Shown here: in pieces, positions 48,718 to 57,605 of the stretch | Layout: each line of letters opens with the position of its first letter | How positions within the stretch are numbered: position 1 is the first letter of the stretch | Assembly (NCBI GenBank): GCA_044450645.1 | Contig: JBIOJG010000018.1 | Location: forward strand, 30,825-94,824 | Source of the DNA: Candidatus Binatia bacterium | Lineage (GTDB): Bacteria > Desulfobacterota > Binatia > HRBIN30 | Reading direction: 5' to 3' | Length of the DNA stretch: 64,000 bases | The notes under the pieces: model-generated | The model's database searches: none | What the model was told of the DNA's origin: nothing | Seen by the model: the letters and a program-made list of their open reading frames with translations, nothing else | Made by a program: the position numbers and the translations under genes

Positions 48718-49763
48718 TCGACTGGCGTGCACCCCATCTGTTCTGGTTCCTGGCCCTGGTTCCCGCGGCCTTGGCCTTCTTCGTCTGGGCGCTGCGCCGG
48801 CGGCGTGCCGCGCTGCGGCGCTTCGCCGATGCGCGTTTGCTGCCCGCCCTGGCCCCCGACCTCGACGAGCGTCGCCAGCGGTGGCGCGCTGCCATGCTCC
48901 TTGCCGCGCTGACCCTGTCGGTTGTGGCGCTGGCCGGACCCAAGTGGGGCTTTCATTGGGAGGAGGTTCATCGTGAAGGGATCGACATCATCGTGGCGCT
49001 CGACACCTCGCGCAGCATGCTGGCCGAGGACGTGAAACCGAACCGTCTGGCACGCGCCAAACTCGCCGTACAGGATCTCGTCAAACAACTGCATGGCGAC
49101 CGGATCGGCCTGGTCGCCTTCGCCGGCAGCGCCTTCGTTCAGTGCCCGCTGACGCTCGACTACGACGCCTTTGCGGAGAGCCTGCGTGCCGTCGACGTCG
49201 GCATCATTCCGAAGGGCGGAACCGCACTGGCAGAAGCCATCACTGCAGGGGTCGAAGCCTTCGAGGGACATCAAGGCAAGCATGAAGCCTTCATCCTCAT
49301 CACCGATGGCGAGGATCACGAGGGGCAGATCGACGAGGCCGCCAAGCAGGCGGCGGACAAGGGCATCAAGATCTACACCGTCGGTATCGGCACACCGGAC
49401 GGCGACCTCATCCCCATCACGGTCGACGGCCAGCAGAGTTTTCTCAAGGACCGCAAGGGCCAAGTGGTCAAGTCACGCCTCGACGATGAAACCTTGAAGA
49501 AGGTGGCCACGACCACCAGCGGCGCCTACGTGCACGCCGAGGGTCCGAGTCTCGGCCTTGATGTCGTCTACAATGACTACATCGGTAGGATGGAAAAGCG
49601 CGAGTTGACGAGCACCATGGAGCGGCGCTTCGAGGAGCGCTTCCAGATCCCGCTGTTGCTGGCGGTGCTCCTGCTCGTGCTCGAGCCGCTGGTCGGTGAA
49701 CGGCGGCGCCTCGGCGCTGCCGCCCGCCGGCGGTGGTTGGCCTGGCGCCGGAGCGCGGCATGA
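48714..49763 (+). CDS. batB: VWA domain protein BatB
   Basis: 'ALAGPKWG', 'LDTSRSMLAEDVKPNRL', 'ITDGEDH'; ATGA coupling. Confidence 0.88.
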   Translation: MIDWRAPHLFWFLALVPAALAFFVWALRRRRAALRRFADARLLPALAPDLDERRQRWRAAMLLAALTLSVVALAGPKWGFHWEEVHREGIDIIVALDTSRSMLAEDVKPNRLARAKLAVQDLVKQLHGDRIGLVAFAGSAFVQCPLTLDYDAFAESLRAVDVGIIPKGGTALAEAITAGVEAFEGHQGKHEAFILITDGEDHEGQIDEAAKQAADKGIKIYTVGIGTPDGDLIPITVDGQQSFLKDRKGQVVKSRLDDETLKKVATTTSGAYVHAEGPSLGLDVVYNDYIGRMEKRELTSTMERRFEERFQIPLLLAVLLLVLEPLVGERRRLGAAARRRWLAWRRSAA

Positions 49764-50698
49764 AACGCGTCAAGTGTGGAACGTGGAACGTGGAGCGCAC
49801 CACGGCGGCGACCCTGCGCCATTTGTCTTTCCGATCGCACGTGCTCGCACTGTTGTTCGCTGCCGCTTGCTGCGTTGCCTGGCTCAACCCGACCCGCGAC
49901 CGCATTGCCGACGGCAATCACTTGTTCAAACAAGGCAAATATGACGAGGCCATCACCAAGTACGGCGAGGCATTGGTCGATGATCCCGACTCCCCGCTCT
50001 TGAACTTCAACATGGGGGACGCCAACTACAAGGCCGGCAAGTACGCCGAGGCCATGGCGTCCTACTCGCGCGTTCGCGGTGACGACGACGATCCCAAACG
50101 CACGGCCGGGACTGCGTACAACGCCGCCAACGCTCAATACCGGCTGGGCGCCGCCGCCGAGGCCGAGAAACCCCAGGACGCCCTGACCGCATACGCTGCC
50201 GCGTTGGCTGCGTATCGCCGCGCCCTCGGTGCCGACCCCGGCGACCAGGACGCCAAGTTCAACTACGAGTTCGTCAGCAAAAAGATCGATGATCTGAAGA
50301 AGAAGCTCGAAGAGCAGAAACAGCAGCAGCAACAACAGCAAGACCAGAAGGACCAGGCCGATCAACAGAAGGATCAACAGCAACAAGAGCAACAGGATCA
50401 GAAGGACCGGAGCCAGCAGCAGACCCAGCAGGACAAGGAGCAAGAGAAGTCGGACGAACAGAAAAAGGAGCAGCAACAACAGGAACAAGCCGCACAGAAC
50501 AAATCCGACGAGCAGAAGAAGGCGGAGCAGCAACAGGCCGCCGCGCCAGAAACAGCCGGCGGGCAGAAGAAGGATCAGATGTCGCCGCAGGAGGCCACCG
50601 CGCTGATCGACACCGCCAAGAACGACGAGCTACAACCGGACGAATTTGTCCGCCAGGTTCAGGGCGGCACCGTCGCCGAGCCGGCACAGGATTGGTGA
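49760..50698 (+). CDS. batC: TPR protein BatC with Gln-rich region
   Basis: TPRs 'GNHLFKQGKYDEAI', 'AKFNYE'; Q/K/D-rich stretch; terminal 'QDW'. Confidence 0.82.
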   Translation: MKRVKCGTWNVERTTAATLRHLSFRSHVLALLFAAACCVAWLNPTRDRIADGNHLFKQGKYDEAITKYGEALVDDPDSPLLNFNMGDANYKAGKYAEAMASYSRVRGDDDDPKRTAGTAYNAANAQYRLGAAAEAEKPQDALTAYAAALAAYRRALGADPGDQDAKFNYEFVSKKIDDLKKKLEEQKQQQQQQQDQKDQADQQKDQQQQEQQDQKDRSQQQTQQDKEQEKSDEQKKEQQQQEQAAQNKSDEQKKAEQQQAAAPETAGGQKKDQMSPQEATALIDTAKNDELQPDEFVRQVQGGTVAEPAQDW

Positions 50699-52599
50699 TG
50701 ACCGGGGCAAGGTTCGAGAGTTCCCGGGTTCGAGGGTTCGAGGAAAGGTCTCTTCGGCACCTTGGATTCCTGGGTTCTTGCGCCTTCGCCTTCATACTCG
50801 TCTTCCTCAGCCGGCCGGCGCACGCCGACCTCTCCATCCGCGCCAACGTCAGCCCGCAACGCGCTCAAGTGGGCGAGCCGCTCACGCTCTCCATCGACAT
50901 CAGCGGGGCGCAGAACGTTTCCGCCCCCGCCGTGAACATCGACGGCTTTGATGTTCAGTACGTCGGACCCTCGACGCAGATCTCCATCGTCAACGGCGCT
51001 GTGAACTCATCGGTGCAACACCGCTACTCGCTGATACCCCTCCGACCGGGACGCTTCACGCTGGGACCGTTCACTGTGGATTACCAAGGAAAGAGCTACC
51101 AGACCGCCAGCTTCACTGTAGAGGTTGCCGCAGCCGGCCAGCCGCAGGCGCAACTCCCCGCTGGCATGCAACCCGGAGCCCCGAACTCACGAGCGGTGCG
51201 GCTCGAATTGTCTCTCCCGCAACAGGAAGCGTACCTCCACCAGCGTCTGCCGCTCGACGTCACGCTGTACGTCGGTTCCATTCGGATAGCAGACGTGCAG
51301 TATCCCGCTCTCACGGCTGAGGGTCTGTCCCTGGACAAGTTCCCCGAACCCAGCCAGCGCCAGCAAGTGATCGAAGGCGAGACCTACCAAGTCGTGCACT
51401 TCCAGACGACCGTCGTCCCACTCCGCACCGGTTCCCTGGTCATCGGTCCAGCAAGCTTGCAGTTGAGCGTGCTCAGTCGCCGTCGCGGTGCCTTCTCCGG
51501 CGACCCGTTCTTTCAGCACTTCTTTCAGGACGATCCGTTCTCCACCCAGCGCCAGCCGCTCGAACTGCATTCCGTTCCGGTCACGCTGAACGTGCTGCCG
51601 TTGCCGGAGGAGGGAAAGCCGGCAGGGTTTTCGGGTGCCGTCGGGAATTTCACGCTAGAGGTATCAGCCGCCCCCACGGAGCTGACCGCGGGCGATCCGG
51701 TCACACTACGGATGACCCTGAACGGCAGCGGCAATCTTGCCGACGCCGGCGCTCCCGAACTGGCGAACACTGACGGCTTCCGCACATACGAAACGCACGG
51801 CGGCAAGGCCGCGGACGGCGGCGCCGGCGGTACCACCATCGCCAAGTCATTCGAGGAGGTACTGATCCCGAATGATGCCGGCGTACGCGCTATTCCTCCC
51901 GTCCGTTTCAGCTACTTCGACCCACAGGCTCGCGGCTACGAGACCTTACTGAGCGAGCCGATCGCCCTGGTGGTTCGTCCGCCACGCAACGCGCCCCACT
52001 CCGAGGTGTTTGCGGGTGGCGCGGCGCCACGCATCAACCCGGAAGAGAAGCTCGGTCGTGACATCGTGTACATCAAAGACGATCCGGGCGGATTGTCGTC
52101 GCGCTCCGCGTCCTGGTACGGTGGCCTCGCCTTCCTGCTCTGGCAACCGGTGCCGCTTCTGCTGTTCGGTGCGGCCGTCTGGTACGACCGCCGCCGCCAG
52201 CGCTTGAGCGGTGATCTACGTTACGCGCGCTTCAGCCGCGCGGGCAAGCACGCACGCCGTGGCTTCGGGCTTGCTGAGCAGGCGTTGGCCAGCGGCCAAC
52301 CGGCCGTGTTTTACGATGCGCTGTCACGCACCATGCAGGAGTATCTCGCCGCCAAGCTCGACCTGCCGCCGGGCGCGATCGACGCCGATGCGGTCGCACA
52401 CCGCGGCGTTCCGCAAGACTGCGCCGAACGTCTTGCCGAACTCTTCACCATCTGCGAGCAGATGCGTTTCGCGCCCAGCTCGAGCAACGGCGACATGCGT
52501 GGCGCCCTGTCGTTGGCTCAAGCTATCGTCCGCCGCCTCGAACGCCAGCGCGGCCTGGCCCCGACTGCACCGGTGAGGACCGACAACGGACACCAATGA
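50698..52599 (+). CDS. batD: BatD family protein
   Basis: 'STQISIVNG', 'GFSGAVGNF', 'GSGNL', 'FSYFDP'. Confidence 0.85.
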   Translation: MTGARFESSRVRGFEERSLRHLGFLGSCAFAFILVFLSRPAHADLSIRANVSPQRAQVGEPLTLSIDISGAQNVSAPAVNIDGFDVQYVGPSTQISIVNGAVNSSVQHRYSLIPLRPGRFTLGPFTVDYQGKSYQTASFTVEVAAAGQPQAQLPAGMQPGAPNSRAVRLELSLPQQEAYLHQRLPLDVTLYVGSIRIADVQYPALTAEGLSLDKFPEPSQRQQVIEGETYQVVHFQTTVVPLRTGSLVIGPASLQLSVLSRRRGAFSGDPFFQHFFQDDPFSTQRQPLELHSVPVTLNVLPLPEEGKPAGFSGAVGNFTLEVSAAPTELTAGDPVTLRMTLNGSGNLADAGAPELANTDGFRTYETHGGKAADGGAGGTTIAKSFEEVLIPNDAGVRAIPPVRFSYFDPQARGYETLLSEPIALVVRPPRNAPHSEVFAGGAAPRINPEEKLGRDIVYIKDDPGGLSSRSASWYGGLAFLLWQPVPLLLFGAAVWYDRRRQRLSGDLRYARFSRAGKHARRGFGLAEQALASGQPAVFYDALSRTMQEYLAAKLDLPPGAIDADAVAHRGVPQDCAERLAELFTICEQMRFAPSSSNGDMRGALSLAQAIVRRLERQRGLAPTAPVRTDNGHQ

Positions 52600-53387
52600 A
52601 CACCGCCAGAAGCCCGATCGCGCTACTCATGGCGCTTATCCCGCTCGCCTCCGTCGTCCTGTGGGCAAGCGTATCCGCCGCGGCTGAGCCGGCGCCCTCC
52701 AGCCCGCAGACGACCTTCTACCATGCCAACGCCCTCTACAAGGACGGGCAGTACGACGCGGCGGTCAAGGACTACGAGCAACTCCTGCAAGCCGGCCTGG
52801 CGAGCGGCAACCTCTGCTTCAACCTCGGTAACGCCTACTTCAAGGCCGGCGAGAAGGGCAAAGCGATCCTGAATTACGAACGCGCGCGCCGCTTCATCCC
52901 AGACGATCCCGACCTGACAGCTAACCTCGCGTACGCCCAGTCGCTCACGGGAACGGAGGGGTGCGTCCCCGCGCTGTGGCAGGCGCTCATGTTCCCACTC
53001 GCGCACCGAGTCGGCACCAGCCGCCTGGTATGGACGACGAGCGCGGTCTACACCCTTCTCCTGGCCGCCCTGGCGACGTACCGCCTGTGGCCGAGCCGGC
53101 CGCGGTGGCTGGTCTATACCGCCGCAATGCTCACCTTCCTGGTTGTGGTGACGAGCACGTCGCTGGCGCAACGCCTGCTCACGGAAGAATGGCAGCGCCA
53201 AGCCGTCGTGGTCGGCAGCGGCGAGACGCCCACCCGCTTCGAGCCGGCGGAGAACGGCACCGTGCATTTCGTGCTGAAAGAGGGCTCCTTGGTCCGCATC
53301 GTCGACACACGGGACAACTGGCTCGAGGTCGCCCGTTGCGATGGCCGCCGTGGCTGGATAGAGAAGCGGGCCGTCGAAGAACTTTAG
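52596..53387 (+). CDS. batE: TPR + SH3 protein BatE
   Basis: 'NLGNAYFKAGEKGKAILNYERA'; C-terminal SH3-like 'WLEVARCDGRRGWI'. Confidence 0.85.
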   Translation: MNTARSPIALLMALIPLASVVLWASVSAAAEPAPSSPQTTFYHANALYKDGQYDAAVKDYEQLLQAGLASGNLCFNLGNAYFKAGEKGKAILNYERARRFIPDDPDLTANLAYAQSLTGTEGCVPALWQALMFPLAHRVGTSRLVWTTSAVYTLLLAALATYRLWPSRPRWLVYTAAMLTFLVVVTSTSLAQRLLTEEWQRQAVVVGSGETPTRFEPAENGTVHFVLKEGSLVRIVDTRDNWLEVARCDGRRGWIEKRAVEEL

Positions 53388-53389
53388 CC

Positions 53390-56074
53390 ATGGAGTGCCC
53401 CTTGCGAAAGACCCGAAACATCTTCGGCCTGCTGGCCCTGCTCTTGTGTGCGCCAAGTCTGTCGGGCGCCGCCGACGCAACCGGTGAAGCGGACAATGTC
53501 TTGCGCGCCACGCTCGACAACGGCCTGCGCGTCATCATTGTGCGTGACACACTGGCGCCCGTCGTCTCCACGGTCATCAACTACCGCGCCGGTTCGAACG
53601 AGACACCGGAAGGCTTCCCCGGCATGGCGCACGCCGAGGAACACATGATGTTCCGTGGCAGCGCCGGCCTCTCCGCCAGCCAACTGGCGAATATCAGCGC
53701 TACCATGGGTGGCCAGTTCAACGCCGACACACAGCAGACCGTCACCCAGTACTTCTTCACCGTCCCCGCAGAAGACCTCGACATCGCCTTGCAGATCGAG
53801 TCCATCCGCATGCGGGGCATCCTCGCCGACGACAAGCTCTGGGACAATGAACGAGGCGCCATCAACCAGGAGGTGGCGCAGGATCTCTCCAATCCGCAGT
53901 ACGTTTTCTACACCAAGCTTCTCGAAGCCTTGTTCAAGGGGACACCCTACGCGCACGACGCGCTCGGCACGCGGCCGTCCTTCGACCAGACGACGGGGAC
54001 GATGTTGAAGCAGTTCCACGACACCTGGTACGCGCCGAACAACGCCATTCTGGTGATCGTGGGCGACGTGCGGCCCGGAGAGGCGCTGGCCAAGGTCAAG
54101 GCGCTGTTCGGCGAGCTGCCGGCCAAAGAACTTCCGGCGCGGCCCGAGGTGCGTCTCGAACCGGTGCAACCCGAGACCCTCAACCTCGACACCGACCAGC
54201 CCCAGGGAATGGCGGTGCTCTCCTTCCGCATCCCTGGATCGGACGACCCGGACTACGCCGCCACGCAGGTACTGGCCGACGTGCTGAGCAGCCAGCGGGG
54301 CAACCTCTATGCTTTGGTGCCGGAGGGTAAGGCGCTGTTTGCGGGCTTTTCCGCCAACGCCTTCCCCAAAACAGGCGTGGGCTATGCTGCAGCCGGGTTT
54401 CCCGCGGGTGCCGACGCTCCGGCGTTGGTGCAGGAGGTGCGGAAGATTCTCGCCAACGAATTGAAGAACGGCGTGGCTGCGGATCTGGTCGAAGCCGCGA
54501 AGCGGCACGAACGGGCGGACGCCGAGCAACAGAAGAACTCGGTATCGGGCCTCGCGATGGCGTGGTCGGAGGCAGTGGCAGTGGAGGGCCGCGAATCCCC
54601 CGAAGACGACGTGCGCGCCATCGAGCGGGTTTCCGTCGACGACGTCAATCGAGTGGCACGAAAATACCTGGATCTGGACCACGCCGTCGTCGCCATCCTG
54701 ACGCCGCAACAGTCGGGCGCACCCACCTCTCCCAAGGGGTTCGGAGGCACAGAATCCTTCGCGCCGCAGGAGACTCAACAGGTGGAGCTGCCCGATTGGG
54801 CGAAGAAGGCACTGGGGCGGCTGTCGGTCCCGGAGTCCGCCGTGCATCCGCTGGTGACGACTTTGCGTAACGGGCTCAAGCTCATCGTGCAGCCCGAATC
54901 CATCAGCGACACGGTGAGTGTGTACGGGCAGGTCAGGCACAACCCTCTGCTGCAAGTGCCCAGAGGGAAAGAAGGCACTACCGAGGTGCTCGGTCGGCTC
55001 TTCTCCCATGGGACCACATCGCTGGACCGGCTGGCATTCCAGAAGGCTCTGGATGACATCGGCGCGAACGAGTCGGCGGGCACCCAATTTTCGGTGCAGG
55101 TGCTGAGCGATCATTTCGAGCGCGCCGTGGAGCTGTTGGCCGACAACGAGCTGCATCCTGCATTGCCCGAACAAGCGTTCACCGTCATCCGCCCGCAGCT
55201 TGCCGCTTCCGTTGCGGGCCGCTTGAAGAGTCCGGGTTATCTCATGGGTCGGGCGCTGAGCGCAGCGTTGTTTCCGAAGAACGATCCAACGCTGCGCCAG
55301 GCAACGCCAGCGACCGTATCCGCGCTCAAGATCCAGGACATCCGGAGGTACTACGAGAAGGTGCTACGGCCCGATCTGACCACCATCGTCGTCATCGGGC
55401 ACGTGACGCCGGAGCAGGCCCGAATGGTGATCGAGAAGTATTTCGGCAGCTGGAAGGCCAAGGGACCGAAGCCGAACACCACCCTCCCGGCTGTGCCGTT
55501 GAACAAACCGTCGACCGTCGCCGTGCCGGACACCAGCCGGGTGCAGGATAAAGTCACCTTGGGGGAGACGTTGGGACTCAACCGTTTCAATCCCGACTAC
55601 TACGCTCTGGAACTGGGGAACCACGTATTGGGCGGGGCCTTCTACGCTACCCGGTTGTACCGCGACCTGCGCCAGGACTCCGGCCTGGTGTATTCCGTCT
55701 CTTCCTCCTTCCATCTCGACGAAACGCGGGGGCTCTACATCGCGGGCTACGCTTGCGATCCGCCCAACGTCTCGAAGGCCCGCGCCATCATCGTGCGAAA
55801 CCTGAAGTCGATGCGGACAACCCCGGTCACCGACGATGAGTTGCGACAGGCGCAGGCGCTGTTGCTGCGGGAGATTCCACTGTCCGAATCGAGCCAGGAC
55901 AGCATCGCGCAGGGTCTCCTCTCGCGCGCCACCCTCGACCTGCCATTGGACGAGCCGACACGCGCGGCGCAGCGCTACGTCAAACTCACCGCCAAGCAAG
56001 TCCAGGCAGCGTTCGTCAAGTGGCTGCGTCCGCGCGACCTCGTAGAGATCACGCAGGGCCCGCCGCCGCGGTAG
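53390..56074 (+). CDS. M16 family (pitrilysin/PqqL-like) zinc metallopeptidase, secreted
   Basis: 'LDNGL', HxxEH 'AHAEEHMMFRG', 'WYAPNNA'; second half lacks HxxEH. Confidence 0.92.
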   Translation: MECPLRKTRNIFGLLALLLCAPSLSGAADATGEADNVLRATLDNGLRVIIVRDTLAPVVSTVINYRAGSNETPEGFPGMAHAEEHMMFRGSAGLSASQLANISATMGGQFNADTQQTVTQYFFTVPAEDLDIALQIESIRMRGILADDKLWDNERGAINQEVAQDLSNPQYVFYTKLLEALFKGTPYAHDALGTRPSFDQTTGTMLKQFHDTWYAPNNAILVIVGDVRPGEALAKVKALFGELPAKELPARPEVRLEPVQPETLNLDTDQPQGMAVLSFRIPGSDDPDYAATQVLADVLSSQRGNLYALVPEGKALFAGFSANAFPKTGVGYAAAGFPAGADAPALVQEVRKILANELKNGVAADLVEAAKRHERADAEQQKNSVSGLAMAWSEAVAVEGRESPEDDVRAIERVSVDDVNRVARKYLDLDHAVVAILTPQQSGAPTSPKGFGGTESFAPQETQQVELPDWAKKALGRLSVPESAVHPLVTTLRNGLKLIVQPESISDTVSVYGQVRHNPLLQVPRGKEGTTEVLGRLFSHGTTSLDRLAFQKALDDIGANESAGTQFSVQVLSDHFERAVELLADNELHPALPEQAFTVIRPQLAASVAGRLKSPGYLMGRALSAALFPKNDPTLRQATPATVSALKIQDIRRYYEKVLRPDLTTIVVIGHVTPEQARMVIEKYFGSWKAKGPKPNTTLPAVPLNKPSTVAVPDTSRVQDKVTLGETLGLNRFNPDYYALELGNHVLGGAFYATRLYRDLRQDSGLVYSVSSSFHLDETRGLYIAGYACDPPNVSKARAIIVRNLKSMRTTPVTDDELRQAQALLLREIPLSESSQDSIAQGLLSRATLDLPLDEPTRAAQRYVKLTAKQVQAAFVKWLRPRDLVEITQGPPPR

Positions 56075-56160
56075 GATCGGTGCTTTCGGTTGCATCGTTT
56101 GCCGGATTGTGGTGAACCGGCTCCCAAGATCGGCAGTGCGTCTGATCAGGGGAGGTTCTC

Positions 56161-57087
56161 ATGCACCACAAGATCACCAAGAAACTCTTCGACGCGTTCC
56201 CTCCGGACAAGAAAGGCGATTTCTGGGCCGGCTACCTCTACCTGAAGTACACCGAGTACTTCTTCAACAAGGCCCTGGAAACCGCGGGACTCGAACCCAA
56301 GAAGCTCCCGCCGCTCGACCCGGCGATCGAGGAAATGCTGCACGCCGTGGCGTGGGAAGTCAGTGAGAACGCCATGAGTGCCGAGACCAGCCGCTACCAC
56401 GGCAAAGTGATGCGGCCGCAAGATGTCCGGAAACTGGTTACCCTCAAAGAGGACGTGCACCTCTCCCCGCCGGAGCGTGTCGTGCCGTTCAAAATCGCTC
56501 GCGACATCATCATCGAGAACCCCAGCTCGATTGTGGTGGGAACGTGCCCCTGCCGCTCGGCTTCGCCGAACCCGTGTCTTCCTCCCGGCCAGCAGGACGT
56601 CTGCATGTTTCTCGGGGACCCCTGGGCGACCTTCATGGACGAGCAGAACGCGTCTTATCACCGCATCTCGCAGGACGAGGCCGTCAAGATCCTCGAATCC
56701 TGTCACGAGAAGGGCTTCGTGCACACCGCCTATTTCGAGCACGCCGCCGGCAACAGATTGGATGCCATCTGCAACTGCTGCGGCTGCTGCTGCATGGGCG
56801 TGCGCATGTGGAATCAGTTCGAGGGGAACCTTCCCCTACTCGCCCCGTCCGGTTATGTGGCGGAGGTCAACGAGGAGTGTAACGGCTGCGGGGAGTGCGC
56901 CGAGGGCACGTGCAAGTTCGCCGCCATCAGCATGAGCGAAGATGGCGGGACAGCAGTCATCAGCATGACCAAGTGCATGGGCTGCGGCGTCTGCGAAGAC
57001 GCCTGCCCGGTGGAGGCGCTGCATCTGCGGCGGGAGCTCTCCAAAGGCGATCCGCTGGATCTGGATGTCCTGAAGGCCCAGCTGTGA
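56161..57087 (+). CDS. 4Fe-4S dicluster binding protein
   Basis: 'CPCR', 'ICNCCGCCC', 'CNGCGEC', 'CMGCGVCEDACP'. Confidence 0.85.
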   Translation: MHHKITKKLFDAFPPDKKGDFWAGYLYLKYTEYFFNKALETAGLEPKKLPPLDPAIEEMLHAVAWEVSENAMSAETSRYHGKVMRPQDVRKLVTLKEDVHLSPPERVVPFKIARDIIIENPSSIVVGTCPCRSASPNPCLPPGQQDVCMFLGDPWATFMDEQNASYHRISQDEAVKILESCHEKGFVHTAYFEHAAGNRLDAICNCCGCCCMGVRMWNQFEGNLPLLAPSGYVAEVNEECNGCGECAEGTCKFAAISMSEDGGTAVISMTKCMGCGVCEDACPVEALHLRRELSKGDPLDLDVLKAQL

Positions 57088-57142
57088 CGCGCTCGTAGCG
57101 CGAGGCGGATCTCAGCAAATCTGATCCGCTTCGGAAAGGCCA

Positions 57143-57562
57143 CCCTTCGATACGGCACCAAGAGAAGGCGGCTCAGCGTGAGCGGTATCTTCCTTCCAAA
57201 GTGGTTAGACTATGAGCACTCCAAGCCGGCATCTCGCCGCTTGGGTCTCTACCAATGAACCGAGCGCCTGGTAGCTCCACCGGAGAATGAAATTCTCCGG
57301 CTACGGTGAGAAAAGTCCTCTGAAGAGGACTCCGCAGCGCAGTGGTGCTCTGAGAGTCGTCTTCAGACGACTTCGGAGGACCGTAGCCGGGGAATTCGAT
57401 TCCCCGGCGGCCAGCGCACCGCGAACCCAGTTCATTGACGCAATGCACCCCGCGCGCGCGGGGTTGAAATCTCAGGGTGAGCGGGGGAAAGCCTCATTCC
57501 ACAAGACCATGCTACCGCTCGCCCTGAGTAGGCCGCGTCGTCTCAGCGGCCGTATCGAAGGG
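57143..57562. mobile_element. Nested REP/MITE-like composite palindromic element
   Basis: Outer IR CCCTTCGATACGGC (57143)/GCCGTATCGAAGGG (57549); inner hairpins at 57280-57300, 57314-57331, 57355-57372, 57387-57407 arranged as a larger IR. Confidence 0.75.
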
Positions 57563-57605
57563 CCCCGCTGGGGTAGACCAGCCTCAACTCACAGGCAAGC
57601 GAACG

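Noticed and set aside
49577-50533. Leu-rich 318-aa ORF resembling a membrane protein
   Set aside because: Reverse complement of the Gln-rich batC region
52961-53389. N-terminal extension of the 1037-aa ORF
   Set aside because: Overlaps batE; signal peptide begins at ATG 53390
53384-55174. 596-aa minus-strand ORF
   Set aside because: Antisense to the well-supported M16 peptidase; no motifs; typical high-GC shadow ORF
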